NCBI GenBank assembly: GCA_964342815.1
Contig: CAYFHS010000007.1
Span: 80,754 to 144,753, forward strand
Length of the DNA stretch: 64,000 bases
Direction: 5' to 3'
Origin: an uncultured archaeon
GTDB lineage: Archaea > Thermoplasmatota > Penumbrarchaeia > JASLWR01
Part shown: positions 61,130 to 64,000 of the stretch, in pieces
How the letters are laid out: the number at the start of each line of letters is the position of its first letter
How positions within the stretch are numbered: the stretch's first letter is position 1
The notes under the pieces: generated by a model
Told to the model about the DNA's origin: nothing
Database searches by the model: none
What the model saw: the letters and a program-made list of their open reading frames with translations, nothing else
Translations under genes and position numbers: made by a program

Positions 61130-62524
61130 GTGTATGACATAGCAGAAGCCACATTGTCCCAGTATCTCCAAAATGGGGAAGGAGAGACCGTTGAATTCAA
61201 GGAAATTCTTCCCAATAAGGAAACTTTGGCGAAGATATTTTCCGCTTTTGCCAACAATATGGGTGGAACCCTTCTCGTTGGAATCTCTGACTGTGGAGAT
61301 GTCATCGGGGCGTCCTTGAATGACTCGATCAACAGACTCATTGTCGATGTAGCTTCGAACAATTGTGAGCCTCCAATCAGAGTAAAGGTTTCAAAATTAC
61401 ATGATGAGGTAAAAGAGATAATCGCAATTCATATCCCGAAAGGTAAACGTCTTCATTCTGTTAGAGGTCGATGTTTTCTACGAGTTGGATCAACCATCCG
61501 AAGGCTAACAATGGATGAGATACAAAGGGCTATGTTCGAAAAAGGGATGTTAGAATTCGATAAGATGCCAGTAAATAACGCTACGTTTGATGATGTCGAT
61601 GAAGAAAAAGTGAAATGGTTTTTAAGGAAGGCTCAAGCAGAACGGAATTATAATGTTGACCCTAAAACACACTTTAAGGAGGTAATGGAAAGGTTACACC
61701 TGATAGAAAATGGAAAGTTGACAAGTACTGCCATCCTCATGTTTGGAAAGGATCCGCAGAGATTTTTCCTTCAATCAAGAATCAAGTGTGGGCGATTAAA
61801 AGGGACTGATGGATTGGATTTTCTTGATATGAAGGTTATCAAAGGAACCATTCCCGAATTGAGAAATGGGGCAATGAAATTCATTACAAATCATGCTCGT
61901 CATGGAATTTATTTCGATGATAATCAACGACATGATCGATGGGAATATCCATTGAGAGCTCTTGAGGAAGTATTGAACAACGCCTTAGCCCATCGCGACT
62001 ATTCCTCAAATGCAGATATTCAAGTATCCATTTATGATGACCGGATAGAGGTTTGGAATCCCGGCGAGCTATTAGAGCCGTTGACACCTGCGGACTTAAA
62101 GAAAAAACACAACTCCATTCCAAGAAACAAATTACTCGCGGGGACAATGTTCTTGATAAAATATATTGAAGAATGGGGGACAGGTACCAACCGTGTCATG
62201 AAAAAAATGAAGAAATATCATCTTCCGGAACCTGAATTTCAAAATATATCAGGAGGATTCGAAGTATTGCTAACCGGACCAGGAGAGAGTTTTAAGGACA
62301 AGATCGGTTCTGACGATTTACCTATTCTTGACATCAATGAACGACAGAGGAAGGCACTTGAATATCTTCATGAAAAGGGAAGGATAACAAGATCGGAATA
62401 CTGTAAATTAACCAATTTAAAAGCAACTCAGGCAAAAAAAGAAATCAATATCCTTATCAGGAAGAAGATAATAAAGAGAATTGGTAAGGGTCGGGCGACA
62501 TATTACACTTTAGCGACCGATTAA
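61130..62524 (+). CDS. Cassette 1 gene: Schlafen/AlbA_2 domain + 'RecG C-terminal'/HATPase-like domain + winged helix
   Basis: GEGETVEFKE, SAFANNMGGTLLVGISD, EEVLNNALAHRDY, DDRIEVWNPG, RNKLLA, EEWGTG, C-terminal GRITRSEY..GKGRATYY. Confidence 0.88.
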   Translation: MYDIAEATLSQYLQNGEGETVEFKEILPNKETLAKIFSAFANNMGGTLLVGISDCGDVIGASLNDSINRLIVDVASNNCEPPIRVKVSKLHDEVKEIIAIHIPKGKRLHSVRGRCFLRVGSTIRRLTMDEIQRAMFEKGMLEFDKMPVNNATFDDVDEEKVKWFLRKAQAERNYNVDPKTHFKEVMERLHLIENGKLTSTAILMFGKDPQRFFLQSRIKCGRLKGTDGLDFLDMKVIKGTIPELRNGAMKFITNHARHGIYFDDNQRHDRWEYPLRALEEVLNNALAHRDYSSNADIQVSIYDDRIEVWNPGELLEPLTPADLKKKHNSIPRNKLLAGTMFLIKYIEEWGTGTNRVMKKMKKYHLPEPEFQNISGGFEVLLTGPGESFKDKIGSDDLPILDINERQRKALEYLHEKGRITRSEYCKLTNLKATQAKKEINILIRKKIIKRIGKGRATYYTLATD

Positions 62525-62553
62525 CGACTGATTAGCGACCGATTAGCGACCGC
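62510..62553 (+). repeat. 11-bp tandem repeat TTAGCGACCGA x4 spanning the cassette 1 stop codon
   Basis: Copies at 62510, 62521 (TTAACGACTGA), 62532 and 62543. Confidence 0.85.
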
Positions 62554-62666
62554 AAATCTGAAGGATAGGTTTTAAGCGGATAATTCAAAGAAAGAGAAGG
62601 ACAATTCAAATTTTACCCCCGTCCGTATTAAACTCTGCGTCGCTACGCTCCTTGGCCCTAACGGGC

Positions 62667-62773
62667 ACGCATAACTAACGAGTTCTCGACTACGCACGAT
62701 ATTTTCATTCGTGCTCCGTCCAAATTACCTCCCTTCGGTCGGAAACTTCGAGAACCCGCCAGCCGTTATACGA
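62667..62773 (+). other. attC-like site 1
   Basis: R'' GCATAAC (62669-62675), L'' GTTCTCGA (62682-62689), inner hairpin GCACGA..TCGTGC, L' TCGAGAAC (62748-62755), R' GTTATAC (62765-62771); 103 bp core to core. Confidence 0.8.
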
Positions 62774-62950
62774 AATATCGACACCGTCTTACGATAAATA
62801 TAAGAAAAAGTTTGGTGGACGTTTAACATCCAAAGAAAAATCCTGTCCTTCATCAAGTCCAAAGTTGAATGAGATTGTATCTCATAGTAAAGTTATTTCA
62901 GTAATTATTAAGTACATATATGTGCATACACGTATTAAACGGGTGATAAA

Positions 62951-63175
62951 ATGGTCAGTATGACACTAGCAATACCGATAGAATTGAAGAGACAGATGGA
63001 TGGATTCCCTGAAATAAACTGGTCAGAGACTGCGAGAATCGCGTTTAGAGAGAAAGTAGAAGACCTCCGGTTTTTACAGGAGTTCAAATCTAAAAGTGAT
63101 ATGACCGAAGAAGACGCGTTGGAGTTGGGAAGAAAGGTAAACAAAGCTCTTCAGAAAAGATATGAGGAGAGTTAA
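62951..63175 (+). CDS. Cassette 2: archaeal RHH-type antitoxin
   Basis: MVSMTLAIPIELKRQMDGFPEINWSETARIAF; SD GGGTGA; upstream TATA-like TTATTAAGTA and near-palindrome GTACATATATGTGC. Confidence 0.85.
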   Translation: MVSMTLAIPIELKRQMDGFPEINWSETARIAFREKVEDLRFLQEFKSKSDMTEEDALELGRKVNKALQKRYEES

Positions 63176-63177
63176 TA

Positions 63178-63588
63178 ATGGATTTGGTGGTGGATGCCAA
63201 TTCTTTCTTCGCAGCACTTATAAAAAGTGGAGAAACAGAACGGTTATTCTTCGTAGATCAGTTACATTTCTATGCTCCAGAATTCCTGATAGATGAGATT
63301 GAAAAATATCGACATACATTGTTAAGAAAAACTCACCGTTCGGATATAGAGTTCGAAAGGTTCATGCGAACCTTGCAGAAAAAAATACATTTCGTACCGA
63401 TGGAGGAAATCAAACCTCTAATGCCGATTGCTCGAAAAATATCACCCGACCCGAATGATACTACGTATTTCGCAGTCGCGTTGAAAATTGGAGCATCCAT
63501 TTGGTCGAATGACAAACCTTTAAGAAGTCAAAATAAAGTTCGAATATATACGACGAAAGAGTTGATTGACCTTTTTCCTGCTGTTTGA
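63178..63588 (+). CDS. Cassette 2: PIN-domain (VapC-like) toxin
   Basis: VVDAN, IDEIEKY, DPNDTTY, WSND acidic PIN residues; translationally coupled to the antitoxin. Confidence 0.9.
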   Translation: MDLVVDANSFFAALIKSGETERLFFVDQLHFYAPEFLIDEIEKYRHTLLRKTHRSDIEFERFMRTLQKKIHFVPMEEIKPLMPIARKISPDPNDTTYFAVALKIGASIWSNDKPLRSQNKVRIYTTKELIDLFPAV

Positions 63589-63795
63589 AATCCATTACAA
63601 GAGCTTGTTTTGATAGTATCCACTCGAATTACTCCAAGCATCGAGATTTTATTTGGGTTTCGGACAGGATTATATAAAAAATTAAGTAAGAAAATACGTC
63701 CACGAAAAGAGGACTATCGTAAGAGGACCGGAAAATCTTTGTTTGGTGGACTTCTTAAAAGCAGCAAGAGGAAAAGAAAGAGCGAAGGAAATCCA

Positions 63796-63939
63796 TCGCA
63801 TAACTCAGCTTTTCAGAAGTTCTCCAAGAATATCTTGAAGAACTACACCCCCAAAACGATTTCCCGGCGTTGCCGATAAACTGCGTCGTCGCGACGCTCC
63901 TCCTTGGCCCTATCGGGCTCGTATAACTAGCCGTTAAAT
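63796..63939 (+). other. attC-like site 2, degenerate or collapsed
   Basis: TCGCATAAC (63796-63804), hairpin AGTTCT-C-CAAGA..TCTTG-A-AGAACT, a 27-bp motif shared with site 1, and TCGTATAAC-TAGCC-GTTAAAT (63919-63939). Confidence 0.55.
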
Positions 63940-64000
63940 GCTTAGGTCTAAGGGGATAACTACAAGTATTAAATTAATAGACGATAAACTAATATTCCCA

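Larger units (their letters stand above)
59636..64000 (+). mobile_element. Integron-like element: recombinase, attI-like site and a cassette array that probably continues beyond the window
   Basis: Cassette ends are 9-bp inverted matches: GTTATGCGT at 60919 with ACGCATAAC at 62667, and GTTATACGA at 62765 with TCGTATAAC at 63919. An attC-like hairpin and a TA cassette are present. Confidence 0.8.

Noticed and set aside
61130-62524. RecG helicase
   Set aside because: No SF2 helicase motifs; only the so-called RecG C-terminal-like domain is present.
63610-63879. 89-aa ORF as a third cassette gene
   Set aside because: TTG start without an SD, low-complexity Lys/Arg translation, and it overlaps the repeat boxes and the attC-like site.

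Overview
Archaeal chromosomal window. Evidence: archaeal-type ThrRS with an N-terminal editing domain, RFC large subunit, an archaeal-style tRNA-Glu, and GGTGA/GGAGG Shine-Dalgarno motifs. Gingipain-like (C25) and clostripain-like (C11) peptidases suggest a sediment Thermoplasmatota such as MBG-D or a relative; this is inference. Content in order: a Mo-hydroxylase / CoA-ligase / 2-hydroxyacyl-CoA-dehydratase catabolic cluster (1-11 kb); PrsW, macro domain and thrS; a DtxR-controlled feo operon; radical SAM, PadR and a long Lhr helicase; tRNA-Glu followed by tRNA-linked tandem repeats; K+ channel, PAPS-reductase-like protein, C25 protease, glutamine synthetase and RFC-L; AMP phosphorylase and form III RuBisCO; Ca-binding-repeat/VIT-vWA surface proteins and clostripain. 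The most striking feature is at 59.6-64 kb: an integron-like cassette array. It has an attI-like crossover at 60919 and attC-like sites at 62667-62773 and near 63800-63940, and carries a Schlafen/AlbA-ATPase-HTH cassette and an archaeal toxin-antitoxin cassette. It lies downstream of, and co-oriented with, an IntI-related tyrosine recombinase that lacks the IntI-specific insertion and has an extra N-terminal domain. All calls come from reading motifs by eye; no database searches were run.
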